Positions 1 to 16,140 of a DNA stretch of 64,000 nucleotides are shown in pieces. The notes beneath the pieces are model-generated. The model worked only from the letters and a program-made list of their open reading frames with translations, had not been told where the DNA came from and did no database searches. The first letter of the stretch is position 1. Each line of letters starts with the position of its first letter. Source of the DNA: Leucoraja ocellata (taxonomy: Eukaryota); assembly GCA_036785375.1 (NCBI GenBank), contig JAWMAR010000063.1, positions 8,680,001 to 8,744,000 on the forward strand, in the 5' to 3' direction. Made by a program: the position numbers and the translations under genes.

Positions 1-3000
1 TAGTCACATGTGATAGTAAAATATTCATATTCCTATTCCTAAATACATTTTAAAAAATCGCATGAGTATTAGTCACTTGTGTAATCGGTAGTGTGTGAGG
101 CCATAGCCCAGCTTGCCTCCTGTTTAACCATATTCAGATGTCCTTTCTCATGCTTTGCATCACACCATATGCTACTTTAGACAAATAGAACAGTTTTATA
201 GGCACACTAGGTAGCAAGTGAAAAATAAGTAAAATATGGGTGAATTTGCATTTTCATGTTTAAAGAAACCATTTCTTAAAATAGTCAAATTTAAATTTTC
301 CTGTGGGTATTTAATTCTATTGTTGGTGACACCGTACTCAATCCTGCCCTGTGATGTGGTTCAAATTTGGTTAATTAGCAGATTTCATAGAATAATATAT
401 ATCTGTTGCCATTTTCAATGTTACAGCTAGAAATAATCACTCGTCCATTTATTTACTTGTATTGAACTCAACTGTGCAACAATGCTTGTGTTCACTTGTG
501 GTAAATAGGGGTAACATTCAGTAAGAGTTGGCTTTTATTTTTGTTACAGTGCAATATATGTCACATATAATCATCAGCCTAAACCCACATAACATGGTTC
601 ATTAAAGCGTGCAAGTAATTATCTCAAGATTCATTAAAAAAAAACATTTTGGAGGAGTTTTGTTATTACCTAAAAAAAATAGGATAGGTTCCACAAAGGC
701 ATTTGTTCATTGTCATGATTGTAAAGTTTCAGGTATCACTATAAAGTGTATGCTAATGTATCAGATTGTAGTGGTACTTGGAGTGTTGTGTAAACGGGAG
801 ATAGATGTATTCTAAGAGGATGATCCTCCTGGCAAGGCCTCTGTAAACAGTGCCTTATTAAAGTAATAAAAGAATATCAGAGCCTTGAGCTAAGAAATGA
901 CACTGCCAAAATTTACCACAGTGCCATAATACTGGGTGGGTGGAATTTGTTAGGCCACAATTTATTAGTCTAATTTTAAATGAGTGCAATTTTTAATTGT
1001 TTATATAATGTGTAAAATCATCTTCATTTAGAATTTAATGTAAAAGAAACCGGAACTTCAAGAAATGCAAGACTTTTTCATTGTCAGAGCTGAACAGAGC
1101 ACATATATTTCATTTTGTTTTCCATCTGCAAGCCTTGTTTAATCAATTTGAACTTTGCAAAATGAAACCTACTCTCAAGCCAAGAAATTAAGAGTCGTTA
1201 CAAATAATTTGAATTGATGAAAATATACAGATCCATTTAAACTTTGCTAGTGTATATAATTTTATGATAAGCAATTGCAGATTATGAGTTTATAATACGG
1301 TCTTCCCTGAAGGCTCTTTTTAAGCCAAGCTAATAGTTGTTTCCCATTTTGTTCAAACAGGCAATTAAATAAATAAATAAAATTCCCTTTGGCATAAAAT
1401 AATGTTTCCCAATCATTGGATGAATAACACCTGCCGATCCTTACCAGCTCATTAGAAAAAATCTTGTTTGCAAAACCATGGTATATCATGTTCTTTTTTT
1501 AAAAGAAAAGATTACGGGCACATTTGTGGGACTTGCAGAATTGGCTAAAGATTTTGTGAAAGAAGCCCTTTTCCACTACATGTTTAAAGTGATCAGCCAC
1601 AATTAACGTACATTGGTGTATTACAGCCTTTATCAAAAGGTGACAAATAGTTTGAACAAAATTATCTTCATGGTTTTATTTCATGCCATCTCGTGCAGAT
1701 GGGAAGGTTGTTAAAATTATTTTTTGATATTTTGTCAGGAAAATTTAAAGAAATGTTAATGATCAATGCTAGTCTTATTTTTTTCATATTTAGAATATTA
1801 TGCAATGAATTTATTTTTTAATTGCCTTTTTCTATAATTGTTCCCAGAATTAAAATATAATTGTTAAAAATGAAAACCCCGATTATTAAAAAAACAAAGT
1901 TTTAACCAGGTGTTTCTCATTATGTGAATGGGAAAATAAAACGATGGTCACATTTCAAAGTGATTCTTTGAATGACGCTGATGAACGGCAGAAGTGCAGC
2001 AGGAATATTGTCAAGTATTACTGGTAATTAAAAAGCAACATGCAAGGTCAGCTTCAGTTTTTGCCAGAGAACTGTATGATAAAAATATCTTCACCAGCAA
2101 GAATGAAAGACTATTGGTTGCACATTGTTCCTAACCTCTCCAGCCAACGTGGTTTGCAGTTAATAAAATATTGCTTTTCCTGCTTAATTACTTTCTGAAC
2201 TATATTTACGACTCTAGTTCAATGCCAATTTTCTTCTGTTAACAACCTTAATTCTTCTTGCATTTGTACATGCTTTATGCTGAAAATCATCGCCTCACAT
2301 GCATACGCATGGCAACAGGGTCAAGACAATTAAAGGCATTTTTTTTTCAAGTTTTTGCGTGTTAAGGGCAGTAAATCCGTAATGTCTGACCGACATATCA
2401 TGTGTATCTCTGCACCAGCGGTGACGGTGTGCATTAGTTAAAAGATACTGCTTGAGGCCCTGCTAATATGTAAGTGTGATTGGACGTGTTTGGCTGTTTT
2501 AAGTGTAAAGATTAACAAGGGGAACAAAAGAAATGGAAACGTTATTTTTTTAAATCAACAATTTGTGGTGTTGTCTGATAATCGTTAAAGATAAACATAC
2601 TTTTTTTAAATGGCCTTTGTATATTGATTTTGGGTCACACTGAAATTGGTTCAACTCTAATATTTTTGTAGGATGAGTTGTATATATAAATTCTATATTT
2701 GTGTTGAATAAATATATATATGGATATACTTTATAGATCGCGTTGCAATCCGTTAATTTAACTGATGATCGAGCGAGATGGAGAATATTTGAATAAAACC
2801 ATTTTTTTTAAACTGTCCCGGATTGAACAGACTTGTGTTTAAATCGGAAATCGGGTCGTTGAATGGTCATCTGAACACCCTTACTACAATTTGGCACTTT
2901 AAACGCACAATAACCTTTGGGGTATCTGTAATTACGAGGGGGTGGTTCAGCGGCGTATGCTGATACAAGATCGCAGAAGGACATCTTCTCCGTCAGTTCA

Positions 3001-3647
3001 GCAGACAAAAAACGCGTAGCCCAGGTGAGGGTGAAGAGGAGACGACTGACTACGTTGCCGGGGGAGTGGGCAAAGTGGTCGAGTTTAAGTTGAAAAATGC
3101 AAGTGGTCCTGGCGCTGCTCAAGCTCAACAAAGGCCGACTGACTCGCTGTTTCTGATCAATTTAACCCGCCAAGAAAATACGCAGTGATCGACAAAACAG
3201 TCAAATAACGATCGATTTCAATTCGAATGCGATATGTTGGTTTGTAGTGAATATTTTGTTAAAAAGTATATATATAATAGGAGAAATTATAAAGGTTATC
3301 AATTGTGACGAACACATGAGATGCTTTAATCAGTTCTACGGTGAATGTGTTAATGTCAAAGTTGTTTTTTTTTGTTTTGTTCAAGAAAGCAAATTAAAAC
3401 AATGACGACAATTGGAATAATTAAAATATTAGTGGTTAGGAGATATTTTTTCTAAACCTTCAGTCGAGGCAGATCTTCGAACCAGAGAATAGATGTTTTA
3501 AAATCAAATGATGTTATGAAATATTGCCACCTGGGTTTAAATCTTCTAAACTAGGAAGAAAATAGCCAGCTATTGATGAGAAAACACAAGCGACTGAATA
3601 CAATTCCCGATTGCGGTGTTCAACTAGGGTTGAGGAAAAAGAGGTTA

Positions 3648-6650
<3,003 letters not shown>

Positions 6651-6808
6651 TATTAATATGTTTACATAGCTGACATAGCTTCATGGCAAAATACAAACGG
6701 TGTTTTCCTAGGTTAAAGCTCGACAAGCCTTTATTGTGGGATTTTTTGTCTCGACTATAATGTAAACAACTAGCCTGAATGAGACCACGACAACTTGGGG
6801 AACAATGA

Positions 6809-7150
6809 GAGATGCTGCTTGACCCGCTGAGTTACTCCAGTGTTATATGTCTATCTTCGGTGTAAACCAGCAGCTGCAGTTCCTTCTTACACAATAACTA
6901 AGAACCCCCTATCCCTGGATTCCCTCTCTCCTGACTCTCAGACTGAGGAAGGGTCTTTACCTATGCCTTTTCTCCGGAGATGCTGCCAGATCCGCTGAGT
7001 TACACCAGCATTTAGTGTCTAACCAGAAGGTCAGGTCAGACTGGGAGCTCATGGCCATTCAACATATAGGAAGGAACTACAGATACTGGGTTAAACCGAA
7101 GATGGACACAGAATGTCTGGAGTTAGTCCAGCTTTTTGTGTCTATCTTCC
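6809..7150. mobile_element. Cluster of Penelope-like (PLE) 3'-end fragments
   Basis: gagatgctgc..cccgctgagttactccag...cagttccttcttacaca units in both orientations. Confidence 0.75.
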
Positions 7151-7710
7151 ATCCAGCGTATAGGTGGGATCATTTCATACGTGGATCTTGGTGGACGTTG
7201 ACAATTGGATATGTTGCAAGGATGCACACACGTTCATAAATCTTATAACTGTGCTTATGATTAACCTTGCATTTTACATATATATTTATCGTGATGGTTC
7301 ATCATACCATTCAACTATAAATACACCAGATGATAAATGTTAACCTGCACGCGCTTGGATACATTCTGTGTGCAGCTTAGTGTATTTCATCTGAATAAGC
7401 GAACATGATTCTGGGTGTAACTTCAATAATGGCACAGCCGCCCACTCCATTATTTAAGGAGATCGTAAAGTGCCGTAATTTAAACCAGACGACGACAGAT
7501 TAAAAAAAAAGCGAAGTGGAGAGATAGGGAGGGAGATAACGGGAGAGAGAGAAATGATTATTAGCATCTTTCCAGGAATCAGGCAAGAACAGTTCTATCT
7601 ATCGTCCGTCATGAAGAACGCGTTCACTGCTGTTCGTGGCGCATTGAATTAACTGTGGCAGTCAATTCTTCTTTTGTGATTTCTTCGGCATCATACAAAT
7701 TCTTCACTGA

Positions 7711-7830
7711 AGAAAGACACACAAATCTGGAGTAACTCAGCGGGCCAGGCAGCAGCTTTGGAGAAAAGGAATCACTGTTACTCCAGCTTTTTGTGTCTAT
7801 CTTCGGTTTAAACCAGTTCCTTCCTACAAA
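7711..7830. mobile_element. PLE fold-back fragment
   Basis: ctggagtaactcagcggg followed by inverted gttactccagc...ttccttcctaca. Confidence 0.75.
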
Positions 7831-8660
7831 TTCCTCGCTGATTTCACTGCGCGCTTGTTTTCTAATTAAAGGCAATTCCTTCCCATCAGTGTCGTTCGAA
7901 ACCATTTGTTACAGAAATTCGTATCGTGCTTCAGCAGAAGGTCGGCGATCAGATATTCGTCCCTTTCAAATAAAAGGGTTGATTTTATTTGTTTACCCGC
8001 AGAATCAGCGTAATGTCATAAAATACCACTGACATCCCCTAAAAAGAAGCCTCCTCTAGATAGAACTATTCTGCAAACAAAAATAACCAGGAAGTTTATC
8101 ACGACAACTATTTGACTTTACTTCACTTTTTCCTCCCACCAATTACACATAATTTTAGAAAGCCAGGGGATCGGAATATTTAGAATGTCAGATATCTCCC
8201 CATGTAAATTGAAATGATGGTAGTGGTAAAATAATTGGTGAAACTGTTCATCAAAATAAAACAAACTACCCTGTTTCTATTTTTATTGGGCAACCGGGAG
8301 GTGCGTGTCATAAAAAGTGGGTTATTGAAAGAGTCCGCCTGCATTCTAGCAGTTCAGAATCAATCCTTGAATACACGGTTTATTCTGTTCAATGAACTCC
8401 CTGACATGTTCTGCTTTGCGGTGGCGGTGAATATTCACTGTGATTTCTTTCTGTGAGTTTCGCTCAGTCCATCCACTCAGGGCACCCTGACCCTTTCAAC
8501 CGATACTGACTTTGCAGAATATAAAGCTCCTTGTTTGAAATGACAGGGATGTAGAATGGTGACAGATTGTCTGTTAAGTGCGGTGTAAGACCTGTCAATA
8601 ACTTTCATCATAAAAATGCCCACAAGAATTTGCCATAAGCCGCGTGTTGTCAGTATTTGT

Positions 8661-8702
8661 TCTCTCTCTCTCTCCCTCCCCCTCTCTCTCTATCTCTCTC
8701 TC
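8661..8702. repeat. (CT)n-rich microsatellite
   Basis: tctctctc...ccctcccc...tctc run. Confidence 0.85.
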
Positions 8703-10438
8703 ACTGTGGTGATACCTGCAGTGGCGCTGAATCCAAAAACGGCCGGTCACTCTTGAGACACACCGTGTGCACTGCCCGGGTCTGATATTGTTCTCGTTCT
8801 GTGTGTTATTTGTAGGGCTCTCTCTGACTACAACGCGACTTTTGTTTTAATAGCGCTTTTACTGAAAATGACAACATATGGAACCGAATCCGCTGTTCGT
8901 CTCAACATTGAAATAACGGACCGTTTCCGCCAAAGAATTTCTACACTCTAACAAGTCCGCGCCCAGTTCTAAGGCGAGATTCTCACACTCCGCCAGAGCT
9001 GCTTACACTAGTGTTCAGACAGGAAACAGAAGTGTCTATATTTCATCAAACCCCGTGTATAAGGAACAACAGCGGCGTATTTTTTAAAGTTATTTATTTC
9101 TCTTTGGAGAATTCCTGTACAAGACGGCCAAACGAAATATCTAAGCCGACCTATTATTAATAAGGTAAACTGAAGTGAGGCGGTGGGACGCGAGTTACTT
9201 CAAGACTTTGGTGTTCGGTTGCCTGTGTTTGGCTGTTTACAGGACCTCTGTTCAGCCACGACCCACCTCGTGATTTTCAGCCCAAGAGATCCAAAGTGTG
9301 GATTTAACGAAAGCAACTCTCCCTGCTAGAAGTCACACACACCGATAGATGTCAATATTTCAGTGTTGTGAAATTAACACCTCGCATCAGTTTCCCTGCA
9401 ACTTCCACAAAACATCCCTGAAAACCCGATCTCCACGCCCCCTGTTTAGATTTTTTTTAGTGGTGGGATTTGATGTGGAGCTATGAGCATTCCTCGATGT
9501 TTCGGATAATGTAGCTGGTTTGTGAATATTGTTGCTGTCTGGGAATGCGATTTTGAATTTCAATTAAAAAAACAACAACTTTTTTTTGCATTTCAAATTA
9601 AAACATTTTTTTTTAAACTCATGATCGAATGTGAATTAATTCCGCACAGACCAGCCTATGCATTTTGAAAATGTAGACGCGTTTCATCAACCCTCTTCCA
9701 GAACAATTCAAACATACCAGGAATAGCATTTTTTGTACCCGTTACTATTTAATTATTGTGTGCTTTGCACTGGACAGTTAAGTCCTTTACAAAACCACGA
9801 AGGTCTGAAGTATTTCGCCACGCTCGACAGGTAAATCTACATTAATTCTGTTTTTCTCATCCGCTGGGCGTGGGATGAATCTGCAAATTATATCGGGGTT
9901 GCGCCCCGGCAAGGATTAGTTTCACTGGAGCCGGTAGCGATTCAGAACCGGCCACGCCAACGGTAAATGCACCCCCTGCAGTAACACTCTTTTGGATTTT
10001 ACGCCTTTGGAGTTCAACATATTTTTGCTGTTTTAATCATGTAACATATTTTCGAAAATGTTCCAATTCAAATTAAATATATATATATATAATTTAATAT
10101 ATCAATTGAATATATATAATTGAAACATTTTCAAAAAGATATTCCATAGTACCAGTGCAGCCACAATGACACATATTCCCTTGAAATATTCAATGCGAAA
10201 TTATTTGCGACAAAAAAAAGACTAGTTTGCCCGCACTGGGAGGACGTGGCCGTGTTCAGGAGTGTGTTTCCCAAGTGGGATGGTATCCTCGGGTGTTGAA
10301 TTGTCCGTCTGGAATGACGCGCTGTTGCCACTGGTTGGCGCCTCCGTTGTACAGATGCGAACTCTGTCTGCAAAACTCTCTGCCAGGCAATCCTAGTTGA
10401 ATCTACAAATTACTGCAGCTCAAACGCGGAATTAGTAC

Positions 10439-10537
10439 AAGGTAGACAAAAGTGCTGGATAAACTTAGCGGGTGCAGCAGCATCTAATGAGCGAAGGAAA
10501 TAGGCAACGTTTCGGGCCGAAACCCTTCTTCAGACTT
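10439..10537 (-). mobile_element. PLE 3' fragment with hammerhead-like core
   Basis: Minus strand GT-CTGAAGA-AGGGTTTCGGCCC-GAAACGTT-GCCTATTTCC. Confidence 0.8.
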
Positions 10538-10642
10538 AGTACATTTGGAAATTCGATGCTACTATCGATATTTCGGGCAATTCAACTTTTATAATGGCCG
10601 TTTTATAACTTACTGCCTGTTCTAGAACTTACTGCCTAATCA

Positions 10643-10644
<2 letters not shown>

Positions 10645-10675
<31 letters not shown>
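10645..10675. repeat. (AT)n microsatellite
   Basis: Perfect AT run. Confidence 0.95.
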
Positions 10676-10679
<4 letters not shown>

Positions 10680-10732
10680 AAGAATATATTCGAAATTCAC
10701 ACAAGCAGTTAAGATTCACATACGCCTTGTAT

Positions 10733-10979
10733 TTGCAAATTGGAGGAACGGCATCTCATATTTCGCTTAGGTAGTTTACACCCTAGCGGCATGAACATTT
10801 ACTTCTCTAACTTCAGATTTCTCTCTCCATCTCCTTCCCCTTCCCAGTTCTCCTACTAGTCTTTACTGTCTAAGACTACATTCTATCAGTCTGAAGAAGG
10901 GTCTCGACCCGAAACGTCGCCCATTCCTTGTCTCCAGAAATGTCGCCTAACCCGCTGAGTTACTTTTTGTGTCTACCTT
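10733..10979 (+). mobile_element. 5'-truncated Penelope-like retroelement: GIY-YIG C-terminus plus hammerhead-like core, 10-bp TSD
   Basis: 10737-10817 reads KLEERHLIFRLGSLHPSGMNIYFSNFR, matching the PLE endonuclease end. Core at 10891-10918. CGCCTTGTAT at 10723-10732 and 10980-10989. Confidence 0.88.
10888..10922 (+). ncRNA. Minimal type I hammerhead ribozyme-like motif
   Basis: CTGAAGA, extra A, stem II GGGT-CTCG-ACCC, GAAA, CG, TC. Stem I is only ~2 bp and stem III is palindromic (ACGT). Confidence 0.55.
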
Positions 10980-12785
10980 CGCCTTGTATATCAGTTGTGC
11001 ATTAAACTTCTGTACGTGAATATAAATCGACACCGTGACTCTCGTATCTTATGTACGCGACATGTAGATGTTACCAGAAGTGCGGAAACATCGAAACAAT
11101 CAGCATGCTTGCAGCGCCAATAAACACAATTCACTCATTCATCGACACTTTTTACTTCTAAGTTTAATTTGTGGGCGTTGATTGATGGTCAATTTTATTC
11201 GAGTGAGTGATATCGAAATTCACGCGACTACAGAGACCAACTTGACCTCTCCTCCTTACAGCCAGAGTGTTAAATACAACACAATTTAGATTAAAGGATT
11301 GACAAGAAACACGTATTGGGACCCAAAACAGGTAAATGGGGGTAGTGCAGAGTGTGGCTTGAAGCTCGGCATGGATATGATGGGCCGAAGCGCTTGTCTG
11401 TGTTGCACTGTGCACACTTGAACTAAATTAACGTATTTGCAATCTCCGCACACGCTTATATAAAGGCAAGCGTTTCAGAATTGAATTTCGCGTCGAGAAT
11501 GGATGTGGGATTGTTGTCCCTCTTGTAACTTCGGTGATTGTCCAGCAGAGGCCCTGATGTTGGCTCGAGCTAGATAGTCCCTCGATGGGAATGTAGGGAC
11601 ATTAGGAGGACTCGACAGATACTGACTATTGCCGGGCATTGTCTAGAGAGGCGGGGAACTGGGTTCATTTTTTTTATTTGTCTTTGTCGAAAGAAAAAAG
11701 TGGAAAGTCTGCAATTAAACTCCATCAACCCCCCCCCCCCCTTTGCCACCAGATCAATTAAACCGACAGAGGAGCGGCAGTATATAAGAAATATGAGCAG
11801 TGGTAATGTTTAAGGAACATTTTCAATGTGAAGTATCTTAAACAACCTAGTCGCACTGAAGCTCTAAAGGCAATCCATTCAATAGAATATTCTCATGATA
11901 AAATTGAAATGAGTGATGATGTGTTATTGGACCACTTATGGAGTGTTCTGAGCATGTTATTGTCCACCATGTTTGCATTTCAAATCCACCTGCACATTCA
12001 GAAAAATACTAGAATATGGAAAAGTTGGCAAAAGTGAAAAGAGTACTGATTATTATTTGTATAAATTATATGCTCCTCTAATGTTGAATAATTTAATGGA
12101 TCAAATATATTCATTGTTGTACCAATTCTTGCTAAGACTCCAATAACAACATAGTTGCATTTAGCCCATAAAAAGTGTACTTCAAGTGCTTTTCTTTAAA
12201 TCGAAACATGCATAGGCTGAGTCATGTAAGGAGATATTACAGCAAGCAAATAAAAGCTTAGTTAAAGGTAACTTCTAAGACAGTGTGAAAGCAGTGAAGA
12301 TGCAAGGCTATTTAGGGAGAGTCTTTGAGAAAACGTTGAAGATACGGCTGCTAATAATAATGCAAATAGATTAGGGATGTAACTCAGTCATTGGTATGGA
12401 CTTAATGGGCCAAATGACCTCCTTATATGTCATAAAGAGATTTAAAATATGAAAAAAGATTCTTTATTTGGCACAAATGAAGTGATATTGAAGGACGATA
12501 TGGATTAACTCAGATAGTTTTGACAATAAAATCGAGAATTTTTAAATATAAGCATTATTTGATCAGGTGCTAATGAATGTCAATGATCGTAAAGGTGATG
12601 TTTGAATGAGACTTGGTGTTTTAGGATATGCACAGAAGGGTTTTAGATGAACCAGTAAAGGCCTGGTCCAACAGCAGAGGCAGAACGGGACAATGATGTG
12701 GAGACATAAATGATTGTGAACTTCTATAATGAAGAGGATGTGAGCTCAAATAGACACCAAATTTGTTAACTACCTTATACGTCTT

Positions 12786-12990
12786 AGACAATAGACAATA
12801 GGTGCAGGAGTAGGCCATTTGGCCCTTTGAGCCAGCAGTGATATTCAATGTGATCATGGCTGATCATCCCCAATCAGTACACCGTTCCTGCCTTCTCCCC
12901 TTATCCCTGACTCTGCTATTTTTAAGAGCCCCATCTAGCTCTCTCTTGAAAGCATCCAGAGAACCTGCCTCCACCGCCCTCTGAGGCAGA
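12786..12990 (-). mobile_element. CR1-type LINE 3' end
   Basis: Minus strand ORF2 end LPQRAVEAGSLDAFKRELD, 3'UTR and short tandem tail. Confidence 0.85.
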
Positions 12991-13138
12991 CAATAGTTGT
13001 GGGAAATGATGCAGTTGGTAGTTAGAGAAGAGAATTTGTAATGGGCCAGAGATAATGACTTCACCTTCCAAAACTTAATTGGAGGACGTTTCTGTTCATC
13101 AAACGCTAGATGTCAGATAAACCACATTCAACAGTCTA

Positions 13139-13372
13139 TAGAAACAAAGAACTGCAAATGCTGGCTTATACGAAAGTTAGACACAATGTACTGGAGTAAT
13201 TTAGCTGGTCAGGCAGCATCCCAAGAGAAAAAAGATGGGTGACGTTTCGGGTCGGGACCCTTCTTCAGACTGAGAATGTCTGAAGGGTCCCGAGTCCCGA
13301 CCTGAAACCATCCATTTTCTCTAGAGATGCTGCTTGACCCATTAAGTTGCTCCTGCACTTTGTGTCTATCTA
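13139..13372. mobile_element. PLE inverted pair with intact hammerhead-like core on minus arm
   Basis: gggtgacgtttcgggtcgggacccttcttcagac (13237-13270) followed by a degenerate forward arm. Confidence 0.85.
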
Positions 13373-13725
13373 TTCAACCACCAATTTGCACTTCAGAATA
13401 GAACTTCAGTTCCACCCTTTCAGTTTTGATCTATGTGCTGCTTCTAAAGGGAGCTCTCATTCTCAATGGAGCAGCAATTAGAGATGTCCACAGCATTACG
13501 CTGCTGACAGCCTTGGTTAAAAGTGATGAATGAAGAAGCTTCATAAAGAGCATCACCCGAGGTGCTCCTGCAGGTATCAGAGAATAAAGCAAAGTGATTG
13601 AAACTGACATTTTCATTTGATATGCTGCCATATACTAGAGGCATGCTGAGGTCAGGGATCTAGTGGCTGAATGATAGCTAACTAGTTACAAAAAAGAGAA
13701 CATGGGTTAAGCAGACCAGAATGAA

Positions 13726-13881
13726 GATGTACAGGTTTGTAGGCTAATTGGCTTGGTATATATTTAAATTATCCCTGGTGTGTGTAGGATAGTGCTAATA
13801 TATGGGGATCGCTGGTCGACCTGGACTCAGTGGGCCAAAGGGCCTGTTTCCGTGCTGTGTCTCTAAACTAAACTAAACTAA
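13726..13881 (+). mobile_element. HE1-like SINE 3' half
   Basis: caggtttgtaggctaattggc...gggcctgtttccgtgctg, then (ctaaa)n tail. Confidence 0.85.
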
Positions 13882-14224
13882 TAAATGCAAATAGTGAATT
13901 ACAACGATTGTGCAAGGATTACTTTGTCCACATTTTGGAAATTATTTTGACTGGGGCTATTTCCAAATTTTTGACTCGTATCATATTGGGGTTGCAATTA
14001 CGCCCAAGGAAACTCAAAAATACTTTTGTGGAATTGCTATGTTTTGAAGACACATGTAGACAAGATGATATGTTTTTGGAGTAGCAATAAGAACAACAAG
14101 GGCCTAAAGGGGATAGAGGGGCAAAAAGGAAGAGTACACATCCACAAATTATTACTAGTTAAAAAACACGTTTCGGGAGTTGTAATTAATACAAACATAG
14201 TGTTTTAGAATAGGAAAGTTGGGA

Positions 14225-14950
14225 ATTTATGTGCCAATTGCATTGTTAGACAGCACAGAGTATTGTGTTCAGTTTTGGGCTCCAAAACATTTATGGCGGC
14301 AAAGAAGGTTGAAAAGCTCGACAAGGATTATACTGGAATTGAGTGGTTAGAACCAATTTAATAGTGTTGTATATTTGTACATCACAGAAACAGGCCTTTC
14401 AGCCCTCCACATCCATGCTGATCATCAAGCACACACACGAATCCCATTTTATTTTTAATGTATCGCAGTCAATTCCCCCCCAATTCTATCATTCACCCAC
14501 ACACGAGAAGCATTTTCCAATGGCCAATTAACCTCCCAACCCTCATATTTTTGGCAATGTTCAGAGGCTGTGGGAGGAGAAAGGAACACAAGAGGAAACC
14601 TACAGGGTTACATTAAAAATAAAAGCCAAAATGATGACATTGGTTTCTAAAATTACAGAGGTTTATGTGGAGAATAATGGAATTTTTAAAAAAGTGTCAT
14701 AGATCGAAGTTGGTAATTTATAGGTCAAATAAAAATATAATTGGCATATTCTTAACCCAGAGTGTGATTAGAGCATGGATCTATCTACCACATGAGGCAA
14801 TTAAAGGCTAGCTTGCTAAGTGAGGGAAGGAGAAAGGGACAGAAGCACAAAACTAAACTGGATGAGATGAGATGGGGTGGGACAAATCTTGTGGGACATA
14901 TAAACAATATCAGTGCCTAGTTTGGCCGAGTAGCTTGCTACTAGACTGTT
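14225..14950. mobile_element. Degenerate CR1 (+) interrupted by SINE (-, ~14375-14610)
   Basis: gagtattgtgttcagttttgg (EYCVQFW) motif; reverse SINE body; CR1 3' end after ~14720. Confidence 0.55.
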
Positions 14951-16044
14951 AATTATTTATAAAGTGCATAATTGCAATAAATCACCATTTGATTTCAAAC
15001 ATGGCAAAGGAACAGTTGTAAAAATTATTGTGCAATCTGCCGAGCGTTACGGAACATATCAGGTTTTGAATATTCAGCAGTGGAACAATATCATTCCCCA
15101 CATCTCACGGTGGTCCACAATATGATCAAAGAATCGACATTGAAATGTAAACCTACTTCACAGGCGAAAAAAGATCCTGCATTTAACAAACACAAGTTAC
15201 GTTATAATCTAAAGGAGAGGTTAAAAGAGAGTTATGAACAGTGCAGATTCCACAGTAGAACAATAGGGGTCCTTCACTCACTCAGTACATTCTCCAATAT
15301 GACCCACTAAAATGAAAATCTATGAGGTTGAAGTCTGGTTTATTTATGTAAAGCCTTTTCTTTATCCTAGTATTTAATATGATATTGCAGGAAATCCTGA
15401 TTCCTCCCTCTGTTACACAAGTTCACAAAAGGACAATATGACAATATGATGCTTGGATGCTGGAGGTCAGCCTGTTATTGGGCTACCTTATGCTTTACTA
15501 ATAGATCTTAGAATCCCAAATTCCCAACTAATTTAGATTTTCAATCTCAATGTCCCTCTGAAATAATCCTTTCATTATCTGAGTATACATTTTTGTTATA
15601 CTTTAAAAAAAAATCAGAACTAAAGTGTAAGAACAGCAACCACTGCTAAAGTTTGCCCTGAGTCCAATGGTGTGGTTTAAACAGTCAGGTATTTTGTTTC
15701 TGATGTACTGAGGGTGTGGTTCTCTGTTTGTGACAGAGAAAGGGAGACATTTCTAGAGTGTTGGAGGTTGTAAAAGTAAGAGACACTTGACCAAATCCTG
15801 TTTCAGATTTCAACATGGGAGTGATCTTAGTGTATTGGTTATTGCCATGTGTACAGAGGTACAGTGAAAAGCTTTACATCTGAGCTAAACGTGTGATGTA
15901 TACTGTGTTACTGTGGCTTGGAGTTTACTTTACCTTAGCCTAACACTGAAGCATGCCAAATAAAGAATAAACCATGTAAAAAAATAAGGAGCAAGAGACC
16001 AATTGAGCTTCCAACTAAAACGTTAAAATATATACCAAGGGGAG

Positions 16045-16140
16045 AGGTTTAAATCCTGGAACTTCTTGTCCAACAGCATTGCCAGAGCACCTTCATCAGA
16101 AGAACTATTGCTGTTCAAGAAGGTGGCCCTGTTCAAGAAG
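16045..16140 (+). mobile_element. Old CR1-like 3' fragment (second copy at ~17175-17300)
   Basis: aaatcctggaac..tccaacagcattgccaga.cacct.catcagaag shared by both copies; reads SWNxLSNSIA...FxKVAH. Confidence 0.55.

Noticed and set aside
2762-2800. CTGATGA hammerhead or snoRNA box-like motif
   Set aside because: No stem II plus GAAA, and no paired C/D boxes with a terminal stem.
2808-3131. 107-aa intronic ORF
   Set aside because: Non-ATG start and no recognisable homology or convincing exon boundaries.
1-3600. Next Runt exon (KSFTLTIT...DGPREPR)
   Set aside because: No matching sequence seen; presumably left of the window.
10070-10125. AT-rich imperfect palindrome
   Set aside because: Consistent with a low-complexity (TA)n expansion.
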